A stretch of DNA of 64,000 bases, taken from Catajapyx aquilonaris. Lineage: Eukaryota. Where the stretch lies: contig KZ538101.1 in the NCBI GenBank assembly GCA_000934665.2, positions 1-64,000 on the forward strand, written 5' to 3'. Within the stretch, counting starts at the first letter, position 1, and the number at the start of each line of letters is the position of its first letter. The notes under the pieces are model-generated. The model had not been told where the DNA came from, did not search any database, and was given only the letters and a program-made list of their open reading frames with translations. Both the position numbers and the translations under genes were made by a program. Shown here piece by piece: positions 1-11,151 of the stretch.

Positions 1-143
1 ACTAAATTTAATCTGGTAAAACTGATTGTTCCATAAGAGTTCAATTCGATGTGGGTTTCACATATATATTTTTCAAAAAAATCGATGACTATGACATGAC
101 ACCTTTTTTCACTCACTGGCTGATCTGAAATGGAACCACCCTG
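1..143. mobile_element. Probable right end of a CAGGGTGG-type MITE truncated by the window edge
   Basis: aaatggaaccaccctg at 128-143 resembles the right terminus of the element at 211-1124; left end not visible. Confidence 0.3.
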
Positions 144-210
144 TGGAGTCCTTTCAGAACCTGGCCACCCTTTTCCTCACCTGCATGTCCTTAGGCTTAG
201 GGTATGCATA

Positions 211-1124
211 CAGGGTGGTCCATTTAAAACTGCTTCTGCTAATATCCTGACAATCATGCATCCAACAAGACCTGCTGCATATGGAATGTGGGTTGCAGTC
301 GTTGCACCAAGGAGAACACAGGATAGTTCTGCGGGGTAAATTGTGGATGGCGCCACTGACCGTGACCCGGGGTCAAGGTCACATTCGTCAATGGAAACCC
401 CCATAATTTATTGCAGATATTGACACTACATGAAAAGCAAAGACACTTTCACAGGGACTACATTGTCAATTGAATGCGCCAACAGTGCCCCCAAAAAATG
501 TTGAAGATGGTGATATTCACCTTGGTTATGACCTGCAATATGAAATATATGTTGCAATTACATTATATGAGATCTTGTTTGGGTGTATCAACAGTGCAAA
601 AAGAACTGTCCCAGTCATCCTGACGTGTGGGCTGGCCGCTCGACACACACCATGTAAGTTACATGGTGTGTGTCGAGCGGGCAGCACACACATCAGGATG
701 ACTGGGACAATTCTTTTTGAACTGATGATACACATGAAGGTGTAATCCAAATTAGACATGTAATGTAATGTAATTGCAACATTTGTTTCATAGCAGGTCA
801 TAACCAGCTGGCATGATGCCATTGCTCTGCATGCCGTCGAGGTGAATATATTCAACATTTTTTTTGCCGCTGTTGGCGCATTCAATTGACAATGTAGTCC
901 CTGTGGAAGTGTCCTTGCTTTTCATGTAGTGTCAATATCTGCAATAAATTATGAGGGTTTCCATTGACGAATGTGACCTTGACCCCGGGTCATCAGCAAT
1001 GTACCCCGCAGCACTATCCTGCTGTGCCCCCCCCTGGTGCAACCCACATTCCATATGCAGCAGGTCTTGTTGGATGCATGATTGTCATGATAGTAGCAGA
1101 AACAGTTTTAAATGGACCACCCTG
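211..1124. mobile_element. Fully palindromic Tc1/mariner-type MITE (~914 bp)
   Basis: TA-CAGGGTGGTCCATTT...AAATGGACCACCCTG-TA; arms are inverted copies right to a 1-nt centre at 658 (catgtaa-g-ttacatg). Confidence 0.9.
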
Positions 1125-1728
1125 TAGTATACCTGCACATACAATGAGGCAGCGGACCTCTGCTTGGACTGCTCCTGCACCTGCACCGCCGGAAAGAACT
1201 GGAGGTCCACTGCGGCCCATTCTTTGTCCTGGGCAGCATAGGCCATCTCCTGAAGGTACGACGGGAGCGCCTGACCTCCCTGTCCCTGGAGCTGACCCCG
1301 AATGAAAGGCTGGACCTAATGTAGCTCTTGGGATGGCCATCCTGCAAGGATGCCCTTCTCTGAAGTGCCTGTCCCTGCAGGAAGGGATGGCCGCAGTGCA
1401 ATGCTGCAGCGGGGAAGGCGAAGACAATAAGTGGATGCAGGAAAAGGCTGCCAAATGTGGTTCATACCCTAGGTGGGGTGCTTCAGGATGCCTGCGGATT
1501 CTGTAAAGTCGTGGGCTGTTCCTGCCTGAGCTGACCTCCCTGACCTGGCCGCAGATTTCGAATTTTAGGTTATTTTGAACCCATGTGCATCTGTAAGAGC
1601 TCACATTGTGCCAATTCACCGTGTTCAGATATACCACTTGAATTTTCGCCGACCCCCCCCCCCCTCCCCCAGTGACCAACCGTGGTATATCAGCAGACCC
1701 CCACTCCCCCCAAAACGGTCACGACCCC

Positions 1729-3403
1729 TTAGTGGACATTTCCCTTTTCAGGCCTTCTGTAGCAGGTATAGGGTGGCCATTTCCAAATCTTCAGAAAGAA
1801 GGACACAGCTGGTACGTACTTGTATATCGTACAAGTATATATGCTTTATACAGTAGAGTACATTGTGTGACCCCTGACCTCGGGTCACACCCTGACTAGA
1901 TCAGTAACGCAGGTTCAGTTGGAGAAAGATGTCAGACTGGGAGAAAAGGGTTGAAGAAGTGGGGGGAAAACTGGAAACGCAGGGAAAATAATGGTTTCTG
2001 ATAACATACTGTATAATGAATATGCCTTTTTTACTTAATATAACTGAAACACAAATTGTACAAATTCCGGTAAAAAATATACAAGGATATACTATGAGAA
2101 TTTACTTGACAAATGACACTACATTGAGATTAATGGCATTTTGTGGCGCCCTTTCTTTACAATAAGTACATGTGAGAGAGAGAGAGAGAGCGTGAGTATC
2201 GAAGTAGCGCAGTGGTCTAATGGTTAAGACGCTCTCTTCGTAACCTGAAGGTTGAAGGATCGAATCCTGAAAGAAAGGCGTCTTTTCTTTTTATCGCTAT
2301 GGACCTTTCTCGCTGTTACTTGATCTCTCATTTCACATTTATTTGTGCATCTGGTAAATAGGCTAGACCCTTCCAACACCCACAATTTCGTTACAGCAGA
2401 GCGTGGCTGTGTGGTAACGCATCAGACTATCACTCGAGTGGTGTGGGATCAAATCCCGTCGTCTCCACGGTTGAGAGTCATAAAAAAAATTTGCAGCCGA
2501 CATCTCTGGCCAAGATGGCGACTGTTTCTTCGCACATCCCCCATCACTTCTTCGGAGGAGCGGTGGAGAGGGGGAGGAAAGGGGAGGGGAGAAAATTTGT
2601 GGAAATTTTTAAGTCACCTGCTTAATGGGAGGGGGCGGTCACTTTTTTCGAAGAAAAAAGTCAAAAAATAAAAAGTCATAAAAATGATCAAGTGGCTTCG
2701 CTTGTGTTTTCCATCCCGGCAGCCCCCACCCTACCCACCCCATAGTCCCTACATTTGCCTTATACCAGGGAGTTCCATTCTCAAACCTATCACCCCTCCA
2801 AACATATAACCCTAAAATTTAAACTATAGGTCCTATTAAATCACCAGCACATGCAAATGATTCGGCGCAATTTTTAGATCATTTCCAATGTATTGTTGCA
2901 GGCTGACCCTTGACCGGAAAGGCCCTAATATTAGGTTTTTGGTCCGGGGCCAGGCCCTACCTCGGTCTCCATCTGTCGAGTCTTTCGTAATGAGACTGTA
3001 CAGAGCACAGTACATAGATATACAGTAGGCCCTATATCTCTCGGTGTGAGGTAGTATGCCCCTGGCCTGTAGCCAAATGTAGCAGTCCGCCTGTCCTGGT
3101 GGGTGGCAGGGCGGGGGTGGAAAGGGGATAATATGTAAAGTCAAAGAGACAGGAAGGTGACCAAGCTTACACAAAAATTTGCCAATCTAAAACCGCGTCG
3201 ACGATATCCGCATCTCCATCCACAGTAGAAGCGGGTCGGGATTTATTATTTTATTTATCGATAGAGCAATGCCACGAAACAGCGATGCCGAATGTCCGTC
3301 CTGATGACCCCAAGGAGGTGACCACTCGCCTACGTCACATTCATACTGATACCTGCCAACTACGTTTGGCTAGGGGGCATACTACCTCACACCGAGAGAT
3401 ATA

Positions 3404-3478
<75 letters not shown>

Positions 3479-4812
3479 CTATATGATATCTATATGATAA
3501 TATATGATATATATGATCTGTAAAGTCTCATTACGAAAGACCCGACAGATGGAGACCGAGGTAAGGCCTGGCCCCGGACCAAAAACCTAATATTAGGGCC
3601 TTTCAGGTCAAAGGTCAGCCTGCAACAATACATTGGAAATGACCTAAAAATGGCGCCGAATCATTTGCATGTGCTGGTGATTTAATAGGACCTATAGTTT
3701 AAATTGTAGGGTTAAATATTTGGAGGGGTGATAGGTTTGAGAATGGAACTCCCTGGTATAAGACAAATGTAGGGACTATGGGGTGAGTAGGGTGGGGGCT
3801 GCCTGGATGGAAAACACAAGCGAAGCCACTTGATCATTTCATGACTTTTTATTTTGTGACTTTTTTCTTCGAAAAAGTGACCGCCCCCTCCCATTAAGCA
3901 GGTGTCTTAAAAATTTCCCAAAAATTTTCTCCCCTCCCCCTTCCCTCCCCCCTCCCCCTCTCCACCCCTCCCCCCCCCTCTTCGCTGCTCCTCTGACACC
4001 TCTGAAGAAGGGCTGGGGAAACTGCGAAGGAACAGTCGCCATCTTGGCCAGAGATGTCGGTTGCAAATTTTTTTTTTTCCTGACTTTCAACCGCGGAGAT
4101 GAGCGGGATTTGAACCCACATCTCCCGCGTGAGAGTCTGATGCGTTACCACACAGCTACGCCGAAATTGTGGGTGTTGGAAGGGTCTAGCCTATTTACCA
4201 GATGCACTTCAAAGAGAAATAAATGTGAAATGAGAGATCAAGTAACAGCGAGAAAGGTCCATAGCGATAAAAAGAAACGACGTCTTTCTTTCAGGATTCG
4301 ATCCTTGAACCTTCAGGTTACGAAGAGAGCGTCTTAACCATTAGACCGCTGCGCTACCTCGATACTCACACACTCTCTCTCACATGTACTTATTGTAAAG
4401 AAAGGGCGCCACAAAATGCCATTAATCTCAATGTAGTGTCATTTGTCAAGTAAATTCTCATAGTATATCCTTGTATATTTTCTACCGGAATTTGCACAAT
4501 TTGTGTTTCAGTTATAGAGTTTAAAAAATGCATATTCATTATACTGTATGTTATCAGAAACCATTATTTTCCCTGCGTTTCTAGTTTTCCCCGCCACTTC
4601 TTCCACCCTTTTCTCCCAGTCTGACATCTTTTCTCCAACTGAACCTGCGTTACTGATCTAGTCAGGGTGTGACCCGAGGTCAGGGGTCACACAATGTATT
4701 GTACTGTGTAAAGCATATACGATATACCTACCAGCTGTGTCCTTGTTTCTGAAGATTTGGAAATGGGCACCCTACCTGCTACAGAAGGCCCAAAAAGGTA
4801 AATGTCCAATAA
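1729..4812. repeat. Large foldback / inverted duplication: arms ~1729-3083 and ~3359-4812, spacer ~275 bp
   Basis: Arms align as reverse complements throughout (e.g. 1861-1950 vs 4606-4697; 2700-3000 vs 3520-3840) with scattered substitutions and indels; no coding capacity seen. Confidence 0.92.
3407..3475. repeat. (TA)n microsatellite
   Basis: Pure TA run, followed by degenerate ATATATGAT units; present in the right foldback arm only. Confidence 0.97.
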
Positions 4813-5063
4813 AAGAAAATAGTAGATTCCCACACCTGAAGAGCAGAAACTGCGTATGTTCACAAATTATTCCGTCTGCAGTACACCACCACCATCATCA
4901 CAAGATGTTACTCTCGAATTGATACTTCAAGGGGCACTCTCTCAACATGGTATACACAGCGTTGCGATAAAAAAAGCAAATTTTGTACTGCAACATTAGT
5001 ACATTAGTTAGTACAATGCAATAGACCTACACAATTTGCATGTTTTAGCACAACGCTGTGTAC

Positions 5064-5294
5064 CTTTATAATTGATATATTTAAGGAGGTTGGCCCATCA
5101 TTGTCTTTCAACCTCCAAGGATAGGGAAGGAAGGAAGCGGCTGTGGCCTATTATACGGAAGCAACCCCAGAATTATCCTAGAAAGACCCTGGAAAACCAC
5201 CGAAAACCACGGTCAAGGTTGCCGGCCCCGGGATTCGAACCCAGGACCTCCCGATTAGCAGTCGGACTTATCCACTATGCCAACCTGCTTCGGT
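5064..5294 (-). mobile_element. tRNA-derived SINE, family A copy 1
   Basis: B box GGTTCGAATCC on minus strand; 12-bp TSD aacgctgtgtac (5052-5063, 5295-5306); head and body match 28590-28773. Confidence 0.88.
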
Positions 5295-6424
5295 AACGCT
5301 GTGTACTGTACCATGCATACACATTGTTTTTAGAGCGCTTAAAACTTGTCATAGCTAAAATCCTGCTCTATTGAAAAAATAGGCTACTTGTGGATCGCTG
5401 CGAGACACAATAATAAATTGATATAATTATGAAGAAATATATGAAGAAAAAGAGCTGACTCTGCTGGAGTATATGTGCCGGAAGCGCTCACCTACACAAT
5501 CCTGTCGTGCTGACGAATACAAAATGAAGGACTAAGAATTGACAAAAAAAAAATTATCTGAAAATATGAACGTGGATAAGTTAAAACATTAAAATCCCGA
5601 CTGTTTCAAACATATATTATGCACATTTAAGGGGAGGTTCCTGGTTACAATTAAGCATTGCGAATGGTTCAACGAGATTGATAGTATCTGATGCAGTTGT
5701 GAACTGGGTTGTCTAAAAATCAGGTATGACTCACATTTTCTAGATTCAAGTTTTTTTGCCATTATTAGCTCCATATTAGCTACTAAACCAATGCAACACA
5801 TGACAAATATCTACTGCATATGCGAGTAATTAGCTAGTACTGTAATACAGGCCAATGTTTAACTCGAACGAATACTTGAGTACCGGTAACGTATTTTAAT
5901 GTTTAGAGGCAATGACATGCTATAAAATTGAAGCCATTTTGATTCAAATTTCCTTAATAATATACTGTACTTGCCTCCCTGAAGACCTGGCCAACCTCCC
6001 TCTGCACACCGTAATTAGCCTACTCGTAACTGATCTGGAATTTCAACAAGGAAGAATTTATTGAGGGATAATTAAGGTTCTTTATTAGCAAGCTTGTTTT
6101 TTTTTCGATCCACAGACATGGGCACAACACACATTATATGAAAAAAGTTAATCTTCATAATCGCACATCGATGTAGATTCTGCTAGGTATGAAGGTGATG
6201 ACAGTGATGATGGTGTTCCAATATTCCTTCGAGCGTTCTTCTCTGCATTTCTTGCTCCTCCTCCAGGCAGTTTATGTGAACACAGCCTATACAGAGTATA
6301 TGACCTTCTTTTTGGAGATTTGGAAATGGTGTCACCCTACATGAAATTATGTTCAATATTATGTGTTACATATATGAACATGTTCATAGGTCCCCTCGTA
6401 ATGAAGCAATAACTCCTACGAAGT

Positions 6425-6504
6425 GGGGGTGTAGCTCAATGGTAGAGCGTTCGCTTTGCATATGAAAGGTCCCAGATTCGATCCCCGGCACGGCGGCACC
6501 TCCA
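6425..6504 (+). pseudogene. tRNA-Ala(TGC) pseudogene
   Basis: GGGGGTGTAGCTCAATGGTAGAGCGTTCGCTTTGCATATGAAAGGTCCCAGATTCGATCCCCGGCACGGCGGCACCTCCA: Ala-type ends and anticodon, but damaged anticodon and T stems and an ~8-nt CGGCA-type duplication before the 3' acceptor strand; T-run follows. Confidence 0.8.
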
Positions 6505-6748
6505 ATATATTTTCTTCTATTTTCGAGTGTCTTTTTTCCCCCTTTCCTCTTACAGGTTATTCAACTTGTCATTTCTATGTTGTAATTTAAAAATTGAAAA
6601 TAAAGTAGTGTATGTAGGTTAGTAACCAACTGCTGATAATACAGAATTTGAGGTGGGATTGACAGTGGGAAGGCTACCAATAATTGTGAAAGTACTCGTA
6701 AATATTGCGTGAGGAATGCCGGTAAAACATTTCCCATTGAGTTTCATT

Positions 6749-6874
6749 CGAGGGGGTACTCACTCGACTGTAAAGTGTACACCGGAGTACCAAGGAGTAC
6801 CCAAGGAGTATCGAAGAGTACCAAAGAGTACCACTGCAGGTGTACACCGGAGTACCGAAGCGAGTACCCCCTTG
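6749..6874. mobile_element. Short CAAGG-TIR MITE with internal ~10-bp tandem units (copy 1)
   Basis: cgagggggtactc...gagtacccccttg ends; internal ggagtaccaa-like repeats; reverse-orientation relative of 43228-43385; no TSD retained. Confidence 0.75.
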
Positions 6875-8307
6875 GATAGTGGTGTGCCACTCTCCTTCAG
6901 ACCCGTATAAACCAGTAAAAAAGACCGGTATCCGGTTACAACGGGGTAATAGAAAAAATAATAATGTGAAATCCCGCGCCCAGGTTATTGTCCTATTTGC
7001 TCTTACAAAATACACTCAGAAAATTATTTGCACTCTTCCGTGAAGTTCCTTTCTGTTGATTCCTAGTATGGTTAGATTTCCTCAGAGGAAACTTTCCTGG
7101 ATCTCTTTTCCACCACTTCTAATTTCGAGCCTATAAGGCAAAACGAAGAGCCACAAATTGGGGTATTGATCATTTGTGTACAAAAAAATCGAAAACTTAC
7201 CGTAAATTAAACTACTGTATACTAAAGAAGCACCATACATCCTCTGCTGTGGGAAAAACTTCCATCCATTCCATCCTGTATATGCCCATGAAAAATGAAC
7301 CTGTCTCTCAAAAATATAACAATGGGTAGTGCTTCGTATATAATAGCAACCAAGATGTACACAGTATAATAAGTAGGCATATAATGACATGTGAGATGCG
7401 TTGGATTAGAAAGAATGTTTTCCCAAAAGTGGTTGCAGAGAAACGACTGCAGCTTGCGCCATTTGACATAACTATGCGGAGCCAAAAACCGTGTTTAGTC
7501 GGGTTTTTATCACTGCGGCTGTCAAGAAAGTAACTATGCCTCACAATCCCCATGTTGTCGACTAAATGGCGTTCCGTAAATGCCGAAGTGAAAGGAACAC
7601 GACTTTAGTTCTTTCACTCTCGTGGACAAGCCGTGGGAAGGGTATGGTGGCGGCTGTTGGGAGGGTGGAGAAAGAGGATGGTAGAGGGCAGGGTAGTGGG
7701 ATAGGAGGGTGGCTGATAAAATCTGAGTTCAAGGTCTCACAGCCCGTGACAGAAAAGAGCCAGGGGATAGAAGAAAAACACCCAGATCTAGAGGGACAGT
7801 TCAGCCTGGGGGGTGGAGAAAGGAGGAGTGAGGGGACGTGGTCACCATTTTTCATTATTGGAAGAGCGGAAGACTGCAACATCGCTCTCCAGAGCAGAAA
7901 AATACCATCAGTCACATGATTTGGGAAAGCAGCGGCTCCTTTATTTTGGGGTTCCTTATTCCTGACCCGTAAAATCCATCTTCGTGACATTTTGACAAAA
8001 GAATTAAACAAATGCATGGGAGATTTGCCGAAACAACCCAAAATCAGGCTTGAAAAAGTGTCAATAGCTCAATGCCATAGCTAAAAATACAAAATATGAT
8101 GAAATCTGCATACCGTATATCCGAATAGCTGGTATCCGTGTATGCTTTTGGGCAAAAAAAATAATGTAAGACGAGTTGTTGGCAACCTTCATAATTATAC
8201 ATAAAATGAGAGAATGGAACATGGGGTATTTAATAGTTGTAATGTAATTAGCATATCAACTAAAATATCAATTAAGAAATTTTAATATTGTATAAAATTA
8301 TTGCATA

Positions 8308-8514
8308 CAGGGTGTTCAATTGTTTTGTCCGGACAGTTATCGGAAATATTTCACTAAGCTGCTACTTTGTAAGCAGTGTATGCCACTTCAACAGAGTCGC
8401 AGAGAATATTCCCCATTCCTCCGACAAATTTGTTGCAAGTCACTGCTTACTAAGTAGCAGCTTATAGTGCAATATTGCCGATAACTGTTCGGACAAAAAA
8501 GTTGAAACACCCTG
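8308..8514. mobile_element. Tc1/mariner-type MITE, family B
   Basis: TA-CAGGGTGTT...AACACCCTG with ~70-bp imperfect arms; same termini as 26155-26365. Confidence 0.85.
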
Positions 8515-8623
8515 CATATCTGACCACCAACTGTCTCAGTCTGGGGCCTGGGCTGATTGTCATATACCTCAACAGAGGTGCAATTTTATGGTATACTAAT
8601 TGGGGTAAAAATTATTGCTGTAA

Positions 8624-8666
8624 TTCATTGACCGATTTTCAAACGGTTTGAAAATCGGTCAATGAA
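8624..8666. repeat. Perfect 21-bp hairpin, 1-nt loop
   Basis: ttcattgaccgattttcaaac-g-gtttgaaaatcggtcaatgaa. Confidence 0.9.
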
Positions 8667-9385
8667 AAATGATTTTATCGACAAAAATGCAATTTTCAAA
8701 AGAAGAGCGATCCGCATACTGATAAAAAAATAATTCTTGCATAAATTAGCGCACCATAAAAGTGAGCTTCATTTGACACATGTATCATTAAAATCTGTCC
8801 CACAAAGTGAAAAAATATGAGCGAAAAATTGACCTATACTGTGGCTTCATTTCGTCTTATCTTACTTCCAAGACTGTTTACTCTATCGCGGGATAATTTT
8901 TCAATAGGTTGTATCGACTGGACTAGATGCTATAGCTCAATTTGTAAAGACGGTTATCGAACATATTACGTGAATTGTGGACATCGTAAGTGTAGAGTAA
9001 TTTGCATTATGGGTCTTTGGCCCTACTGGGAAACGCATAGGCTGTTCCGATATGTGCTGGGCAGTACATACGTACACATACGTACATTTCTGTTTCGGAC
9101 CTCCGCGTGCTGTCTCGTATACGTAACCGAGGTTCAGCCTCCATCTTCATGGAAGGGACTATACTCACTATAGTAAGATCAATTCCTCCTCTTGCCGGCT
9201 GATGGCGACACGGTCTGCGCAAACTACAATCCCGTTATCCCTATATAGCAGGTTTTCCTTACTGAGGGATATAAAAATGGTGTCTGGTTTCGCATCCGAC
9301 AAATGCTATATCCACCAAAAATACTACACAAATCCTATCTCCCTGTATAGGAACCGAAAAGTTTCCTCAGTCAAGTTTCTCTATA

Positions 9386-9947
9386 CAGGGTGTAAATGAA
9401 TTCAGCCGACAAACTTGTAGGGGTAATAGAGGGGACCAAGACAAACATTTTTGACATAGGAACCCGTGTCCGGAAACGCCACCTAGAGGGGGTTCATAGA
9501 CAAGGAACGGGTGCGCTCAGACGCGTCACGCGAGAGGTGCTAGGTGAGCGGATTGTTTTGTTGATAGATGGCGCTCGGATAGTAACCAACGATGCGATGT
9601 GCCATAACGTGGCAACAACAGAGTCATCTAGCAACTAAAGTCCGCCTCCTAGAAGACGCGCGGATAGTCAACAACGGTTCTGTTGTTGCCAGGTTATGGC
9701 GTATCGCGTTGTTGTTTACTTACAACGACACGATACGCCATAACCTGGCAACACCTGCGCGACATCTATCAACAAAATAGCCCGCTCGACTAGCGCCTCT
9801 CGCGTGACGCGTCTGAGCGCACCCGTTCCTTGTCTATGAACCCCCTCTAGATGGCGTTTCCGGACACGGGTTCCTATGTCAAATATGTTTGTCTTGGTCC
9901 CCTCTATTACCCCTACAAGTTTGTCGGCTGAATTCATTTACACCCTG
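9386..9947. mobile_element. Young Tc1/mariner-type MITE with ~185-bp TIRs
   Basis: TA-CAGGGTGTAAATG...CATTTACACCCTG-TA; near-identical arms; centre has three alternating copies of a gccataac(c/g)tggcaaca unit. Confidence 0.93.
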
Positions 9948-11012
9948 TATAGCCTACTGGATACCCAGGGTCCGATAACGATAAGTATAGCTTCAGCCTA
10001 TACTGCACCCAAGTTGCATGGCCTACGAATTACCCTGTACATCAACACTGGCCTAAAGTAACTATTTTATTTGCATAAAAAGCATACAGAGCAAAATCGA
10101 ATGCCTTCGTTGGCTGAAGATTCCCGTCATTCAACTGTATACTATAGGAGCCCTAGGGGTTATGGAATCCAGAACTCGTGCTTGGCAATCAAGAATGATA
10201 CCACACTGTAACACTCAGCAGCTCATTATCTCCTCTTGGGAAGGGTTAGTCAATTTATCAGCCAGTGTAATCCTGTACTTAACGACAGGACCAACAAAGT
10301 CAAACAAAATCCTGACGGGACTCGAAACTAAGACCTTCTGGATCGAGATGCCAGAACATTGCCCACTAATCTTTGGATACACGTGTCCAGATTGTGCTGT
10401 CCAGTCGGTTATTGACATTCGGTATTAATTATTGGAAACGTTTTAATTACGATTCCCTAGTATAGTGTGCGTTATTTGGCATTATTAGTTATATTAGCGA
10501 CGTGCTTTCAATTTATCTTGAACTTGAAGTACATGAAAATTATTATTGGTGAATTGTTGCTGATACAGCTATGAAAGCACGAATTATTTCAATGGCATGG
10601 AATGGAGTTTAATATCGTTAGAGTAATTAAAATTCGAGTGTTCAAGTTATTTCTTTTGGCATGATTTTGAATGCACCGTAACTCGCCCTCTCATATGGAA
10701 ACAAAGTAATGTCTGCTACTTGGAAGAGGCTACTGGTGCCAAGTGAACTGAAATAACCTCTCCCTCACCTCCTTAAGCTTCATCGCATTCTTCATCTTGG
10801 GTCTCCCAACCCAAAAACAGTTTAAAAAAAAGTCCTTCTTTGCCAGGTACAGTTAGAGCTACCTTGAAAACTTTTGTGTCTTGTGCTGCAATAAACTGAC
10901 AGTCGGGTTGGAGGGGGGGGGGGTCCTACCTCAAGGTAAGGTCAAGGGCAGAGATGGGTAGATACAATGTTCCCAGCCCAAAAAGAGTGGCCTTCAGGGA
11001 GTGGTCTTCCTC

Positions 11013-11050
11013 CATAAAAACTGCTGGGGCCCACACTGATGACTCCAGTA
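11013..11050 (+). promoter_or_regulatory. Candidate core promoter of the CUB gene
   Basis: TATA-like CATAAAAA at 11013-11020 and Inr-like CCAGT about 30 nt downstream, just before the ATG. Confidence 0.4.
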
Positions 11051-11072
11051 GGTTTCCAGCCTGGGAAGTAAG

Positions 11073-11151
11073 ATGAGCCTCACCACAGTCGTATTGTTGG
11101 CGACATGCCTGGCCACTGTCAACACGATGCAACCGGACCACCAACCTAAAT
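11073..11151 (+). CDS. CUB-domain gene exon 1 (signal peptide)
   Basis: ATG at 11073, MSLTTVVLLATCLATVNTMQPDHQPK, donor GTAAGG at 11152; 54-nt intron with CTAAC branch point. Confidence 0.85.

Noticed and set aside
1014..1679. 221-aa minus-strand ORF
   Set aside because: Runs into a MITE arm; no recognisable motif.
1893..1902. miR-279 seed-like TGACTAGATC
   Set aside because: Only 10 nt match, inside the foldback arm; remainder unrelated.
6777..6870. Short spaced repeats as a CRISPR array
   Set aside because: ~10-bp tandem units without unique spacers, inside a MITE, in eukaryotic DNA.
9396..9937. Twin ORFs starting MNSADKLVG on opposite strands
   Set aside because: Artefact of the MITE's inverted arms.
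10150..10370. Two faint minus-strand tRNA-like traces (similar traces near 29180-29240 and 57460-57515)
   Set aside because: Only partial box motifs; no cloverleaf or TSD to support a call.
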